A stretch of DNA of 63,841 nucleotides, filler included, from Octopus bimaculoides (GCF_001194135.2; 5 parts of 5 records of this genome joined end to end with filler, not necessarily neighbours in it); one strand, 5' to 3'; numbered from the whole stretch's first letter, positions 39,275 to 53,378 are shown. Translations and numbers: made by a program. The notes: generated by a model from the letters alone, not told the origin.

Positions 39275-39480
39275 AAGCAATGAGGTGGCAGAACTGTTAC
39301 TATACCGAACAAAATGCTTAGTGTCCTTTCTTCTGGCTCTTTACATTCTGAGTTCAGATATTGCCAAGGTCAACTTTGCTTTTCATCCTCTAGGGGTTGA
39401 TAAAATAAGTGTCAGCTCAGCAGTGGGGTCAATGTAATCAACTTGTCCTAGTATTGATGATCTTGTGCTAAAATTTGAAA
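39275..39480 (+). mobile_element. SINE family 3 copy
   Basis: GGTGGCAGAACTGTT...AAATGCTTAG...CTGAGTTCAGAT...CTTTGCTTTTCATCC...GATAAAATAAGT. Confidence 0.6.
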
Positions 39481-39689
39481 CCAAAATTGATTTGTATAAA
39501 TACTTACAGTATTGGCTTTCAATAAAATGTTACACTGTTGAAATCACATCTTGGTACATCATATTTATAAACTATTGTTATTGATAAGTAGCTTGTTATT
39601 AAGTGACATGAATTTTACATTTTGGAAATGTTTTTGTTTTATAGTTAGTGTTGTTTTCTGAAAAACAGTATATATATATATATATCGTA

Positions 39690-39880
39690 ATCGTCATCAT
39701 ACGTTCAGCTTCCATGCTGGCATGAGTAAGATGGTTTGACAGGAGCTGGCCAAGCAGAAGCCTGCATCAGACTTCTGTAATTGGTTTGGCAGGATTTTTA
39801 GAGCTGGATGCCCTTCTGAACACCAACCACTTTACGGTGTGGACTGAGTGCTTTTAAGTGGTACCTGCACTAACCGAGTC
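39690..39880 (-). mobile_element. (GAT)n-tailed retroposon fragment
   Basis: CATCATACGTTCAGCTTCCATGCTGGCATGAGTAAGATGGTTTGAC; same family as 54271-54413. Confidence 0.55.
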
Positions 39881-42092
39881 CCCACAATACAATAATGCAT
39901 CTAGTGTTCAGTGTTTAACCATTTTGATTCATATTGTGCTCAAATAAAACAATGCATGGTAAATATTTTTATAGCCATCAGTTCCTATTTGTTATAGATT
40001 AAGTTATGCAAAATTCAAAATTGGTTATATTCAAAATAATTGAAATTTTTTGTCAGGAAAGCAACCTCTTTGTAATGCAGTTTTGATTAAAAGAACTTTA
40101 ATTCAATCTTAAATCTCTATTTGAGGCTGGAATAAGAAATAATATTTACACTTATTAAATGCCATTTTCACAACACATCTTCTGTAAAGTGCCTTCTTGT
40201 GATTTATTTAATGCTGATTATGATAGGAAAAAAGTTAACTGATTTAAAATATTATTTTTTTTATCCTTTCATGATTGCATTTAAAAATAAAAGCTATTTC
40301 TTAGCTTTCTGGATTTTAGTTTAAAATGAAATCTGTTCTTCTTTGCTTTAAGTGTCTAAAACATTTCTTGTAATTCTTGCAGTTTCTAATAAGCATGCAC
40401 TTGAACTAGCTTAGGTATTGTTCAACCATTATTAAGTTTCAAATTTTCTCTTCATTTGTTTAGTGGCTTCAATTTTTGTTTATATGAATTTTTACTTTTG
40501 AATTTACTTTTTGAAATATATTCTTAAATAACAAAATACTTTTCAATTAAGATTTTGGTAAAATACTGATCATCAAACATTAAAAATATTTTGGATATAT
40601 ATAACATCTATGAGATTATACTGAACTACTGCTCAGATGGCCAAGGATTCTAATCTTTCTCCAACTATTGCATTGTATCCAAGGAAGGCACATGATTCTG
40701 CATGCAGTAGTTTATATGACTTAAAATAATTCCAGTATTACCTTACTTCTACTTTTTCTGTATGGAGTGATTAGTAGTTGGAAAGTCATATAGCTATAAA
40801 ACAATTCTCTCAGCAAAATTCATCCTATTCATGCTAGCTTTTAAAAAATGGATGTAAAAATATAAGCAAAACACCATTAGGTAATGTATTTTATAGAGCC
40901 AAATCATTTGAAGCCTTAATTTATGAGCAGTTTGAGATTATACAATCCTTATTACTTACATCACCATAAGCTCATAAGTGCCCATCTGTTATTGGTTTTA
41001 GATTAATATCCATTTATAGTAACTAATTTGTATCCAATAAACCACTAAACTGAACTCCAAATCTTTCAGAATTTTGCATAGTTACTGTTATTTTCTCATG
41101 TATAATGTATTCTTGCATCTTTCTGATTGATTCTCGCAGTAATTCTTGTAATTTGCTGATGTTGCTCTATAATATGAGTACTAGCTTAATTTAAGTTTGC
41201 ATAATGTTAAATGAAATGATTATTTAGTGGAGCAAACACAATAGCATTGAAAATTAAGTAAAATTTAATCTAAGACTAATAATAAATTTAGGGCTTGCTG
41301 TTACTATATAAAAAGAGGAAGCTTTAAAATTAGAATTCTTGGTTTCCTGCCCCATGTTTATAGAAAAAAACTACACTTTTCTTTTGAGCTTGTTCATATG
41401 CATATACTAATAAAAAATTAGTTACATCTGCTTTAAGCAACTATCACAAATATTTGTTATAACAATAGTTTTTTATATTTCTTTTAGCTATCAGTTATAT
41501 TAATTACTTTTTATTGAGCTTAATTTTGTTCATTTTGATCCTGCTTTTATAGTTAAGGCACTGAAACTGGTTTTTCTTCGACTAAACATTTTTTTTTATT
41601 ATTTGAATGACTCCAAAATTGTTTAAACCTAGTGTTCACTTATTTAACATTACTCTTAGATTCTGCTTTGATTTGGCATCTTGTATTAATGTTAATTGGT
41701 AACGATTTTTAAAGAGATTTTATATATTTCTCAATTACTATAAAGTAAATATTTTTTATCTTGTCTAATAAATAAATACTAAATTTGCAAAATGATGGNN
41801 NNNNNNNNNNNNNNNNNNNNNNNNNNNNNNNNNNNNNNNNNNNNNNNNNNNNNNNNNNNNNNNNNNNNNNNNNNNNNNNNNNNNNNNNNNNNNNNNNNNN
41901 NNNNNNNNNNNNNNNNNNNNNNNNNNNNNNNNNNNNNNNNNNNNNNNNNNNNNNNNNNNNNNNNNNNNNNNNNNNNNNNNNNNNNNNNNNNNNNNNNNNN
42001 NNNNNNNNNNNNNNNNNNNNNNNNNNNNNNNNNNNNNNNNNNNNNNNNNNNNNNNNNNNNNNNNNNNNNNNNNNNNNNNNNNNNNNNNNNNN

Positions 42093-42123
<31 letters not shown>

Positions 42124-43990
42124 CACAAGGCAATATGACTAAGTGTTAGGGTATATTTCTGGATTTCTGGTTCAATAGTTGTTATATATTTGGTTCTATT
42201 TATTTCTGTTTATCTGTCTTGTGAATTAGCTACCAAACCTAGAATTTTATATACATGTTGCATTTGCTTCTCATGTTCTTTTTACAGAAACTAGAATTGA
42301 TTGATGGTCTTATAAGCTGTGTATAAGTTTTAGGAAAAATGACTTTTACATCTATGTAGGGTAAAGATTGTTTAAATCTTATATCAGTTTGTTTTTTTGG
42401 CTGGTTGATTGGATGGAAAAAAAAATATTAAAAAAAGCAAAAGATCTCAAAAGGAATTGCAACTAACCTTAAGGGATCACAGACTATCGCTCCTTTTGGT
42501 TACCATGACAAAAGGTTTTAAAACATATCCCAAAATGCAGCCAATCTCTGCAATGATATTTGTGGCATATAGAAATGCCAAGTTCAGTGTTCTGTGACCA
42601 ATAATCTTTTTTGAAACACACTCACATTTTGTAATGTTTTCTTAGCAGGAATTATTACATTATCTAATTCTAATATTCTAATTATTTAGAAATTCAAAAT
42701 GTTCAAAATTAGAAGTATGATTAGTAACATTTAAAAAAANNNNNNNNNNNNNNNNNNNNNNNNNNNNNNNNNNNATATATATGTATGTATAATGTATAAA
42801 GGAAGCAAAATCTTTGAGCTGAGGTTGAATTTGAATATTTTTCTCCAAGTTTGAATTCTTGAACAGAAATGATTTTGGAACACTATATTAAATCTTCTTT
42901 AAAAGTTATTGCAGATTGGCTGTGTGGTCTTAGAATGATCTCTAAAATGTGGGGTGATGAGAAACATAACCATACATTATTGTCACAATCCCTCCATTTT
43001 TTATATGAAGAAAGAAAGAAAAAAAGGATACATTTATAAACTATGTATATATATAAATAAACAAAGCAATGTCTTTGACTAAAAACTATTTTTGTGAATT
43101 ATTGCTGCTTGGTCATTCCTTGTTATCAACAGTTTATTATTACACTGTGTGGAAATCTGTCAGGTAATTCACATTGTTAAATTTACTCTTATGAAATTGC
43201 TGGTGAAAATATGAATATTGTTTAAATTTTCTCTACAGCTTTCTCTTCATATCTGGAATATAACATCATCGCCACTTCTATTGTTTCTGCTGTTCTATTG
43301 TTATTCTTGTTACTCCATTCATTTACTTTCTTTTAATCATTTAAGTTTTTATGTCCACTTTATGACCAAGATGGACAATATGTGCTGAATTTTTGGTAAA
43401 CAGGTTCAAGCTTACATTATGGCTTGGCTTTGTAATTAATGTACACAGAGGATGGTTTGCTGAATTAACTATTTCTCCTCTTCCATGGGTTTTTTTTTTT
43501 TCACTTATCAAATATAATTTTACTGAAACAATCTTTTTATGCATTGCATTTTTTTCCATCATGGAAGTTGATGAGTTTCTATCAAATTGTTTTTTTATTA
43601 ATGCTTCAGGCCATCTCTTTGACTGTGATTTTGTTATTCTGACTTACCTACTGAAAGTAGGCTTTTCAGCAATGTTATATTGAATAAACACATATTGTTT
43701 TTTGTAACTGCACACTGTAATTGTAATTCATTTTTTGACGAAAAAGGATAAGAAAAAAGTAAAACCTGTTACTTTTATTATTAATATTATTATTATTTTT
43801 TATTCACTTGAAATAAAGTCCTGTTATTATAACTGTTTTGAAAATACATTCTCAAAATATCTGTCCTATTTTCAAGAACTAAATGGTCTAATGGTGAAAA
43901 CATTATAAATGTTACTTTAAATGTCCAAAGGTAGATAACACTAGAGAAATTTGTACATAATGTGCATGGGCAGCACACACACACACATGC

Positions 43991-44043
<53 letters not shown>

Positions 44044-44621
44044 TAGTATGCACACACACATATACCACACGCATACATGATAAAAAGATTTTGAAGTGAG
44101 GTAAGCAAAAGAGTAATTTTAATTCTTAAAATGAGAGCTTTTAACATTAATACCAACTCTCCTCTTAATTACTGAGTTGATTTTAAAAGAAATCAAGTGT
44201 TTAATATACAGCAACCTCTAATTCCTGTTTTAAAGCATCCCTCACCTGCTGTTTCCCCTCATCAGTCAAAGTAGCTTAAGTACTGATTAAACTTTTCAGT
44301 TATTCTATTATGAAACTAACAGATAAATTGAATCAGAAGAAATCCTAGTGAATGATACTCTTATGGCATTGTAATTATTTTTACAAAACTGATAGATGGG
44401 TTCAGCTTTAGCTTTTCTATATGACACGTTCCTCATTTTAGTAAAATATGCTGGAAAGTGTTTTAATGATATTAGTAAGGTACTTTTTTAAAGTTATTTT
44501 CTACAGCATTTAATTTTGATTTGGGATTTTGAACATTACCATTTAAATAAAATTTCATTTTTAAATCAGTATGAAGTGAATATGAATTTGTTTCTAGAAA
44601 GGATATCTTCATATGTATATG

Positions 44622-44657
<36 letters not shown>

Positions 44658-44761
44658 NNNNNNNNNNNNNNNNNNNNNNNNNNNNNNNNNNNNNNNNNNN
44701 NNNNNNNNNNNNNNNNNNNNNNNNNNNNNNNNNNNNNNNNNNNNNNNNNNNNNNNNNTAAA

Positions 44762-44798
<37 letters not shown>

Positions 44799-45149
44799 TT
44801 ATATATGCATATGTAAATATATGTATTTCTTCACTTCTCTCTAACATACAGTGTTTCTTCTCTCAGATCCTCAACCTCTATCATAAATACATACCCCACC
44901 CAATCTCTCTGTCTTTTCACTTCTCTCCATGACACCTCTTTCTCTGTCTTTTCGCTTCTCTCTGTCTTTTCGCTTCTCTCTGTCACAACGTCTTCCTTCT
45001 CTAAGCCTCTCAATCTTCCTAAATATATAGACACGAACATTCTCTCTCTCTCTCTCTCTTCCTCTCTTCTCTTAGCCGCTCAATCTCTCTAAATATAGAC
45101 ATTTCCTTTCTCTATTTCTTCACTACCCTCCATCACACTGTTAAAATTC

Positions 45150-48100
45150 AAAAAAGTAAATAGATAGATAAATTAATAAATTAACCACAAAAATATCCAG
45201 AACCTGGAGGAGAATGGAATTGGCATTTTTTTTTGAGAGCCTGGCCCTGTGCTAAAGGAGAAAACCCAAACAACATAATCACTGCTGCACTGAAGAGCAA
45301 TGGTTAACCAGAACATTAGCGCAGATAGAATGAAAGAAGCAGGAGTTTACACATTCCTATGCTCTCATACGATCCCATATCAGCACTCTTGATGCCATCT
45401 TTGATAATGAACACAGCAAAGATGACAAGTTTGGAGGCACGGATGCAGATGAAAGATGTCACCCCCACTTGTTAGACACTCAAGAAAACAAAGAAGATTC
45501 AAGCAAGAAACCTGCCCGGAAAGTAAACCTAAGTGAAAGTGCCCCTACCACCATCAAAATGAAAAACCATGGAGGTGAAAGAGCCAAGAAAGAAGAATTA
45601 AAAGCAGGAAAAACTAAAACAAAAACAAAAGATGAAACAGCCAAAGAAACAAACCTGACTACCCATATAACAAAAAGGATAGAAAGAGACAGCACACACG
45701 AATATGCAAATTCTACTTGAAAGGTGTCTGCTGGCATGGAGAGGAAGGTGCAGGCTGCCGTTTTGCACACCAAAGACCCCGCCACATAAACATGAAACGG
45801 CAAAAACCACCTGCCAAAAGGAAAGGACTGCACACCACCTGCCCCAAAACGGAGGTACGCAGATGTAGTGCGTGCTACAAACCAGACCTATCAACATGTT
45901 GTTGAAAGGGCAGCTGCTGAACAACAATCTTTTTTGTGCATGGCACAAAAGATGGTACAGCAACTGACCTGGCTACAATCTCACAGATGGGACTATCCCC
46001 AATACACAAGACCACCACAGCAAATAGATCCGAGGTGGGCACCACTGGCAACACAACACACACATCACATCGGTGCTCTTACTGAACATCATAGGACTGT
46101 TATCACTTAGTAACAGGATAAAAATCCCTTTCTTGAGAGACCTTGTTGCTTGCAATCAAGCCTTATGCATAGCACTTACGGAAACACATCTGAAACCGGA
46201 TATTGGAAATGCAGAAATACACATACCACAGTATGTTGTATTACAGACCGACAGGAAAAAAAGGAGTCATGGTGGAGTTGCTATGTACATCTGCTAAGAC
46301 CTCACAACCAAGGTCCTTTTGTCACACTCAAATTCAGTATGTGACACACTAATTGTACATATAAGACAACTCAATGTAGTTATATGTGCTACATATTGCC
46401 CTCCAAATCATGTAGGCATGTTTGAAGACTGCCTTACAAAAATAAAAGTTCTAGTCACATTAGAACAACACATAAGTGTACTTCTTATGGGAGACTTCAA
46501 TCTGCCCAATGTCAGATGGCCCGAGGGCCTTTCTCTCTCATGAATGATGCGATATGAACAAGGACAGGTGAAGTCCCTCCTGAACCTCGCCAACACTTTG
46601 TACATGGAACAAATAGTACTCCAACCAACCAGGGCAGGTAACATACTGGATCTCTGCTTCACAAATAATATGGATCTCATCCATAATGTGAAAGTGACAC
46701 TGACACTACTCTCGGATCACAACATGGTAGAGCTGACCATGTACGGACCAAAGGAAACCATGGACATGAAGCCTACAAGAAACTCTCAGAATCTTTCCAA
46801 TTTGAACTTCCATATGGCAAACTGGAAACAAATTGAGAAAAAGATCCTCAAACAAAACTGGCCTAAATGTCTCTCCTCACCAGACATCGACATGAAACTT
46901 AAACAATTCATATCTGTAATGTGAGCCATATGCTACAAATGTGTCCCGGAGAGAAAGGCCACTGTACACAAGAACAAAATCCCCAGGGAGAGGAAAATTC
47001 TTATGAGACGGCGTACTAAAGTTTCAAATCGCCTTAACAAACAAATTGAAAGCAGTGAAAAGTCCCGCATGAAAATACAAGAGATTGAAAAAAATCTGCA
47101 ACTCTCCCACGAAAAAGAAAGAGCAGACAAAGAAGCCTGGGCTATAGACAATATAAAATCTAACCCCAGAGCTTTCTACAAGTTTGCCAAAGAAACAGCT
47201 TCAGTGCACTAAAAGATGTTACACTCACAGGAAACCCAAGGAGGATAAGTGAAATACTAATTGAGCAATTCAAAAGTGTTTTCACTCTACCCCTAGGGCA
47301 CTTTCAAGTCAGCAATCCAACTGACTTTTTTACCACTAAAGATATAAAAATAGAGGCAATGATGATCGATTACATCAATATAAAAGAGGACGATGTAATA
47401 AGGGCTATAGATGAAATGAATCCAAACTCAGCTACTGGCCCTGATGGATTCCCAGCAATCCATCTAAAAATATGTAAATGAGTCTTAGCAAGACCGCTGC
47501 AGTGCTTCCTTGCATCTGGCAAACTCCCAAGAAAACTGAAGGAGAGTAAAATATGCCCTATTCATAAAGGAAGTAGCAGAGCGGAGGCCAAGAAAAAAGA
47601 CCTATCTCTCTGACCCCGCACATCAGCAAGGTCATGGAACAAATAGTCAGAAGAAAACTAAACACCTTCCTTGCAGAAAATGACTTGCTGCCTGACACCC
47701 AACATGGTTTCCGACCAGGAAGAAGCTGCCTGACTCAGCTCTTACAGTACTATGACTGGATGCTGAAACAGCTGCTCAACCACTCAAATGTGGAAGTGAT
47801 ATATCTCAACTTTGCAAAGGCCTTTGATAAAGTCGATCATGGAATGATATGTCACAAACTGCATGATCTCGGCATAGTTGGAAAATTGGGAGAATGGCTT
47901 CATGACTTTCTGAAGGATAGAAGTCAGGTGGTAGTAGCCAATGGGGCCACCTCCAATGACATGCAAATAGTGAGTGGTGTTCCGCAAGGCACTGTTTTGG
48001 GACCACTACTGTTCATAATGGCCCTCTCAGACATGCCCTCAGCCACACAGAGAGCCACGATCACAAGTTATGCAGATGATACAAAAGTCTCACAAGTAAT

Positions 48101-48527
48101 ACAGAACCCTGAAGACACTATGCACCTGCAATGTGAGCTGGATGAAATATACAAGTGGGCTGAAAAGAATAACATGCAGTTTAATGCTGAAAAGTTTCAA
48201 GCCTTGTGCTATCAGCATGCAAAACTAAATGCAGTACCCATTAAATACACTGGACCTGGAGGGACTGCAATCCTAGAAGCACAGTCAGTGCAAGACCTGG
48301 GCATTTATATGAGTAATAATACATCCTTTCATGTGCATGCTGCTAAATTGTCAATGAAATGCAGGCGACTGACCAGATGGATTCTTAGGACTTTTAGAAC
48401 AAGAGATCAGGAAACCATGATGGTCCTCTGGAGGACACTTGTTCTAAGCCATTTTGACTATTGCTCTCAGCTATGATCACCAACGAGTGTCAAATTAATC
48501 TCAGAACACTAGGCAATCCAATGAAGA
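45150..48527 (+). mobile_element. Degenerate CR1/L2-group LINE with ORF1 remnant, APE and RT; 3' end deleted
   Basis: APE motifs IALTETHL, LMGDFNLP, NILDLCFTN, LSDHNMV. RT motifs QHGFRPGRSCLTQLL, NFAKAFDKVDH, SGVPQGTVLGPLLF, YADDTK. Many stops and frameshifts; 5' boundary approximate. Confidence 0.93.
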
Positions 48528-49881
48528 CTTAATGATTGTTTATTTGAGATCTTTTATAGGTTAACTTTGTGTCACAAATTTTGGTCATTATTATAAACCA
48601 CATGATAAAAGCATTTGTGATGAAAATAGAAGGTATTTCTTTTAAGAGTATTTTTAAATTAAAGAAAGATATGAAATTTTCTCCACTGATTTGTATACAT
48701 AAATGTAATCTTTTAATTTTAGTGTTGTTCTATTTATCAAAGATAATATACATGTAGGGATGTTAGATGAAAGACTTGTGTTATAAAACTCTTGTATCTG
48801 CTATCTTATCTTTGTGTTTCTCTCTAATACAAAGAATCTGTGTTTGTTGAACTTTTTATTAACTAAAGGATTGCTTTATTCAGGGTATGAATTAAGACAT
48901 GGAAAAGCCATAACTTAGCAAGAAAATATTTCAGAAAATATTTTAAAGCCTTGTAAATAAAATAATATTGAAAAAGAATATATTCTACCAGTTGTTCATT
49001 TTCCTTTGTCTGCAATCTGTGGTAGTGATGAATTTCTAGGTGGTTAGTTTAAATTCTATACCAAAGCTTAGAAAGTATCCATGCGTTGTATCCAACAGAA
49101 AAGAAACAAAATAAAAGAATTGGCCAATAAATTTTGTGCATTACAATACATTCTTTATTGAATTATAGGTAATTATAATTAGAAAAGAAATCCACAAACT
49201 TGCAAGATGTTTGGGAAGAAAAAAGTCATTCAGTCATAAAAAACAAGCTTGAAATAGACGTTATGTGCTTCTACTTTAGACACAGAATTATTACTCTAAA
49301 AATTTGAGTATGTAAAATCTTGTGCCAAAATGATGTGAGATCTAGTGATATTTAAAAGTTTATTCTAAATTTCCATAGTGGCTCACTGAGGATGTAACAA
49401 TTTACATCAAGTAATCTCATCCAGAAGATGGCAAGTGAAATAGTTCCTTATTTTCACTTCAAATTAATAAAATTTATTTCTTTAATTTACATGAGATGAC
49501 AAACGGTCCAGTCTATGAAACTTATTCTTTTTTTCAATCACTTTTTTGTTTCTTATAGACTTTTGCTTCATTTATGAGTAACATTTTTGTTTTATAATTA
49601 TATTAGACTTTAACAGCTGAATATAATGGATTACTAGATTTAAAAAAAATCTTGTTGAGGGATATATTGCTTTTGTTAACACACTGATTGATACCTTTGA
49701 CTAGGAGCTTAGTAATTTTCCTTTTACTTCTATGTTTTTATAGGTTATACTTTACTGCAAAAATTAATATTCAACTATAAAATCAACCTTGTCAATTAAA
49801 TGTCTTCTATTGAAAATGTATTATTATTTTAAGAATCTATCTAATGTTAAAGAGTTGCTTATCTCACACATTGTTTCCTAC

Positions 49882-50069
49882 CTCTGCATGTTCGGAATTT
49901 TTCCCAGATATTTTAATTCTGGTTGAACTTCCATTGTGCTCTCTGCTAGTTCTGTATCATCAAAATACGGCATTCTAGTCGTGCGGTTTACATCACCTGA
50001 CAATGTGAATTTACTGCTGTACCAGTTCTCTACATATTGAGAGAAATCTTTAAACTCTATTACATTTTC
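49882..50069 (-). CDS. Internal coding exon of an unidentified minus-strand gene
   Basis: AATTACAG acceptor and AG/GTAGGA donor bound 188 nt that are open only in phase 0: ENVIEFKDFSQYVENWYSSKFTLSGDVNRTTRMPYFDDTELAESTMEVQPELKYLGKIPNMQ+ag. Family not recognised. Confidence 0.65.
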
Positions 50070-50832
50070 CTGTAATTAATTTTTTTCCCATTGAATAACA
50101 TGAATAAAGAGTATTATTTTTATTGAAGAATATTTGCTATGTTCTTGTTATTACAACTGTGAGTTGTAGTTTAATTTTATTTAATTGGAAAAGTATGTTA
50201 TAAATGAAGCAGTTGTTTAGTTCCAGGTCAGTACTGAACAAAACATGTTCCAGTTGTGGAATCTGATAATTTTTCAGACTTGTTTATCTAGAACTACATT
50301 TTTCAATATGTCCTTCCATTTTTGAAGATGGTGGGGTGTGATATGAGAGTGATTTGACTATAATGTGTAACCAATTGGGCAACTGGTAAGGATTTCTTCC
50401 TTGGCTCATAAAAGAAATTTAATATACACTAAACTAATTTTGTGCCTTGATATGGTACACATATATGCAAATTTTGAGATGTAATATGGAGCACCTTGGT
50501 TTATGTTTAGTGAATGAAAGTATATGATTTAAGATTTTCCAAGAAGGAATTCTTTCATGATCAAAAGAATTCCATGTGAATTGTTAAGTTTCTAATTCAT
50601 ACAGGTAGAATTTTTTATATTGCCCATATTGAAAATAAATGCACACTACACACATACAAATGTCACAGGCATAGCTGTGTGTTTGAGAAGTCTGCTTCCC
50701 GAAGCTATGGTTTTGGATTCAGTCTTACTGTCCTAGGCCAACCAATTCCTTGTGAGGACATTTGGTTGACAAAAACTGAAAGAAGCCTGTCAGTTCTGTA
50801 TGTGTGAGTGTATACATACATACATACATATA

Positions 50833-50990
50833 CAGTGATACCTCGCAGTACGAGTCTAATTCATTCCATGACCGAGCTCAATTTTCCCTATTGAAATTAA
50901 TTGAAATGTAATTAATCCATTCCAGTCCCACCCAACCACCTAAAAATACTATATCTACCAAAGTAATTGTATTTCTGCATATAACTTTAT
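50833..50990. mobile_element. pogo/Tigger-like MITE end fragment
   Basis: TA-CAGTGATACCTCGCAGTACGAG start resembles Tigger-type TIRs; the partner TIR is not seen. Confidence 0.4.
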
Positions 50991-51026
50991 CTTACTCCAT
51001 TCTAAACAAAACTGTCCGACGAACAA

Positions 51027-51343
51027 GCTGTGTGGTAAGTAACTTGCTTACCAACCACATGGTTCCGGGTTCAATCCCACTGCGTGGCATCTTGGGCAAG
51101 TGTCTTCTACTATAGCCTCGGGCCGACCGAAGCCTTGTGAGTGGATTTGGTAGATGGAAACTGAAAGAAGCCCGTCGTATATATGTATATATATGTGTGT
51201 GTGTGTATGTTTGTGTGTCTGTATTTATCCTCCCAACATCGCTTGACAACCGATGCTGGTGTGTTTACGTCCCTGTAACTTAGCGGTTCGGCAAAAGAGA
51301 CCGATAGAATAAGTACTAGGCTTCCAAAGAATAAGTCCTGGGG
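51027..51343 (+). mobile_element. Young SINE family 1 copy, cut by a gap
   Basis: GCTGTGTGGTAAG (A box), GGTTCAATCCC (B box), internal (TA)n(TG)n, body continuing to AATAAGTCCTGGGG. Confidence 0.92.
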
Positions 51344-51621
51344 NNNNNNNNNNNNNNNNNNNNNNNNNNNNNNNNNNNNNNNNNNNNNNNNNNNNNNNNN
51401 NNNNNNNNNNNNNNNNNNNNNNNNNNNNNNNNNNNNNNNNNNNNNNNNNNNNNNNNNNNNNNNNNNNNNNNNNNNNNNNNNNNNNNNNNNNNNNNNNNNN
51501 NNNNNNNNNNNNNNNNNNNNNNNNNNNNNNNNNNNNNNNNNNNNNNNNNNNNNNNNNNNNNNNNNNNNNNNNNNNNNNNNNNNNNNNNNNNNNNNNNNNN
51601 NNNNNNNNNNNNNNNNNNNNN

Positions 51622-52724
51622 NTAATATGGGGTAGGACCGCCTTTGTCAGTAGTTACAGCTTGAAATCTACGACGTATGGACTCGTACAAAGTTTGAATT
51701 GTTTTCAAAGGAATTTTTGTCCATTCTTCAGCTAAAACAGTCTCCAGTTCTTGTAGTGATGATGGTGAAGGATATTGACTCCTTACTTGTTTTTCTAAAA
51801 TGCACCATAAATGTTCAATAACATTGAGATCTGGGGACTGTGGTGGCTAGATAAGTTGTTCAACTCCACAACTCCTCGTGCTATTCAGTAACAACTTTAG
51901 CTGTGTGAATTGGTGCATTATCATCCTGAAAGATTGCATTTCCTTCTGGAAACAGTTCTGCAACCATAGGATGAATTTGATCAGATAAAATGCTTTAATA
52001 GTCTTCACTATTAATTCTGCCATGAAGGGAAACCATTGGGCCAGCGGATTTTCAAGATACAGCCCCCACCACATCAGATCATCACAGATGCTCCTCCATG
52101 TTTAACAGTTAGAAGAAGGCAGCCTGCATTAAATGCTTCTTTTGGCTGTCTCCACACGTATACTCGGCCGGTGGTCGGAAATAAGGTAAAAGATGACTCG
52201 CCTAAGAAAATAACAGTCTTCCACTGCTCTAGGGGCCAGTTCTGTAGGTTTTTTTTACTCCACTCTAAATGCTTTGCAACGTTTGGTTTTGAAAGTAGTA
52301 ATTTTCTGATTGCAGTCTTCCAGTGAAATCCGACTTTGTGCAGCTCTCGGCGAATAGTTTTTGTGGAAACTCGGTTCTTGAAGTGGTAATTAAGCTCTGC
52401 AGTAATTTTTGGAGCTGTACTTTTGTGATCCTTTCTAACAATTCGCGTAAGAGTCTGATGGTTCATATCTGAAAGTTTTGGTTTTCTTCCGGAATTTTGA
52501 TTCGATGAAGAGGTTTTTCCCTCTTTCTCAAAGGCCGTCATTACTTTCAAGATAGTACTTCTTGATACACCAAACATTTCGGATGTTTTCGTTTCGCTAG
52601 CGCCAGCCAAACGAGCACCAACAATTTGACCTCTTTGAAAGTCTGATAGATCTGTCATTTGACGGTTTTGTAGATATTTCAAAATTATGATGCTAGGTAT
52701 TTCTATTATTTTGTGCAACCCCTG
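51622..52724 (-). mobile_element. Tc1-like (DD34E) transposon, frameshifted
   Basis: TA-CAGGGGTTGCACAAAATAATAGAAA TIR. MTDLSDFQRGQIVG HTH region, SGRKPKL, WKTVIF, TVKHGGASVMI, FQDDNAPIH, C-terminal KGGPTPY*. Second TIR lost in the gap. Confidence 0.92.
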
Positions 52725-53316
52725 TAGGTGTACGTGTATGTGTGTGTGTGTGTGCTTGTGCGTGCGTGCATGCGTGCATGCGTGTATACATACGTGTGTG
52801 CGTGTGTATAAGTATATATTTTGTATGTATGTGTGTGTATGTGTGCGTGTGTATATAAGCTATATTATAAATGTAAGGGAAATAACTGCAATTCCCCATG
52901 TTACCGGAGTTGTCTTCTCTTATCGTCTGCTCCCGTTTTGAATGGAATAGTTACATTGACATTCATCTAAATGTCATTATACTTGATACTTAAATGTTTA
53001 TTTCTGCCCATATTTTGATTTGGCGGTCTTTTCGGCAAGTATAATTTTGAATTCTATCACTCACTGTTTATGTTCTACGTAATTGAATCATATCAACGTA
53101 ATCGAATCATATCCTTCTTTTGCTATCCATGGAATAGGGACTGAATTCCCTTAAAAAAGGGAAGAACTTATTTATTCGACAGTGTTGTTCCAGAATTTTG
53201 TGTAGATGTCAGGAGCACTTTTGAGATCTACATTTAGTGAGTTTAGATATATCCCAAATATCGTATTATTGGTCCGATCTGCATAACGATAATGTGAAGT
53301 AATTAATTGGTAAATT

Positions 53317-53378
<62 letters not shown>

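Noticed and set aside
42409-42597. 62-aa plus-strand ORF and nearby minus-strand splice-like sites
   Set aside because: No homology recognised, and the candidate exons contain stops.
52900-52965. Possible minus-strand exon MNVNVTIPFKTGADDKRRQLR
   Set aside because: Short, unrecognised and phase-incompatible with the 50069 acceptor.
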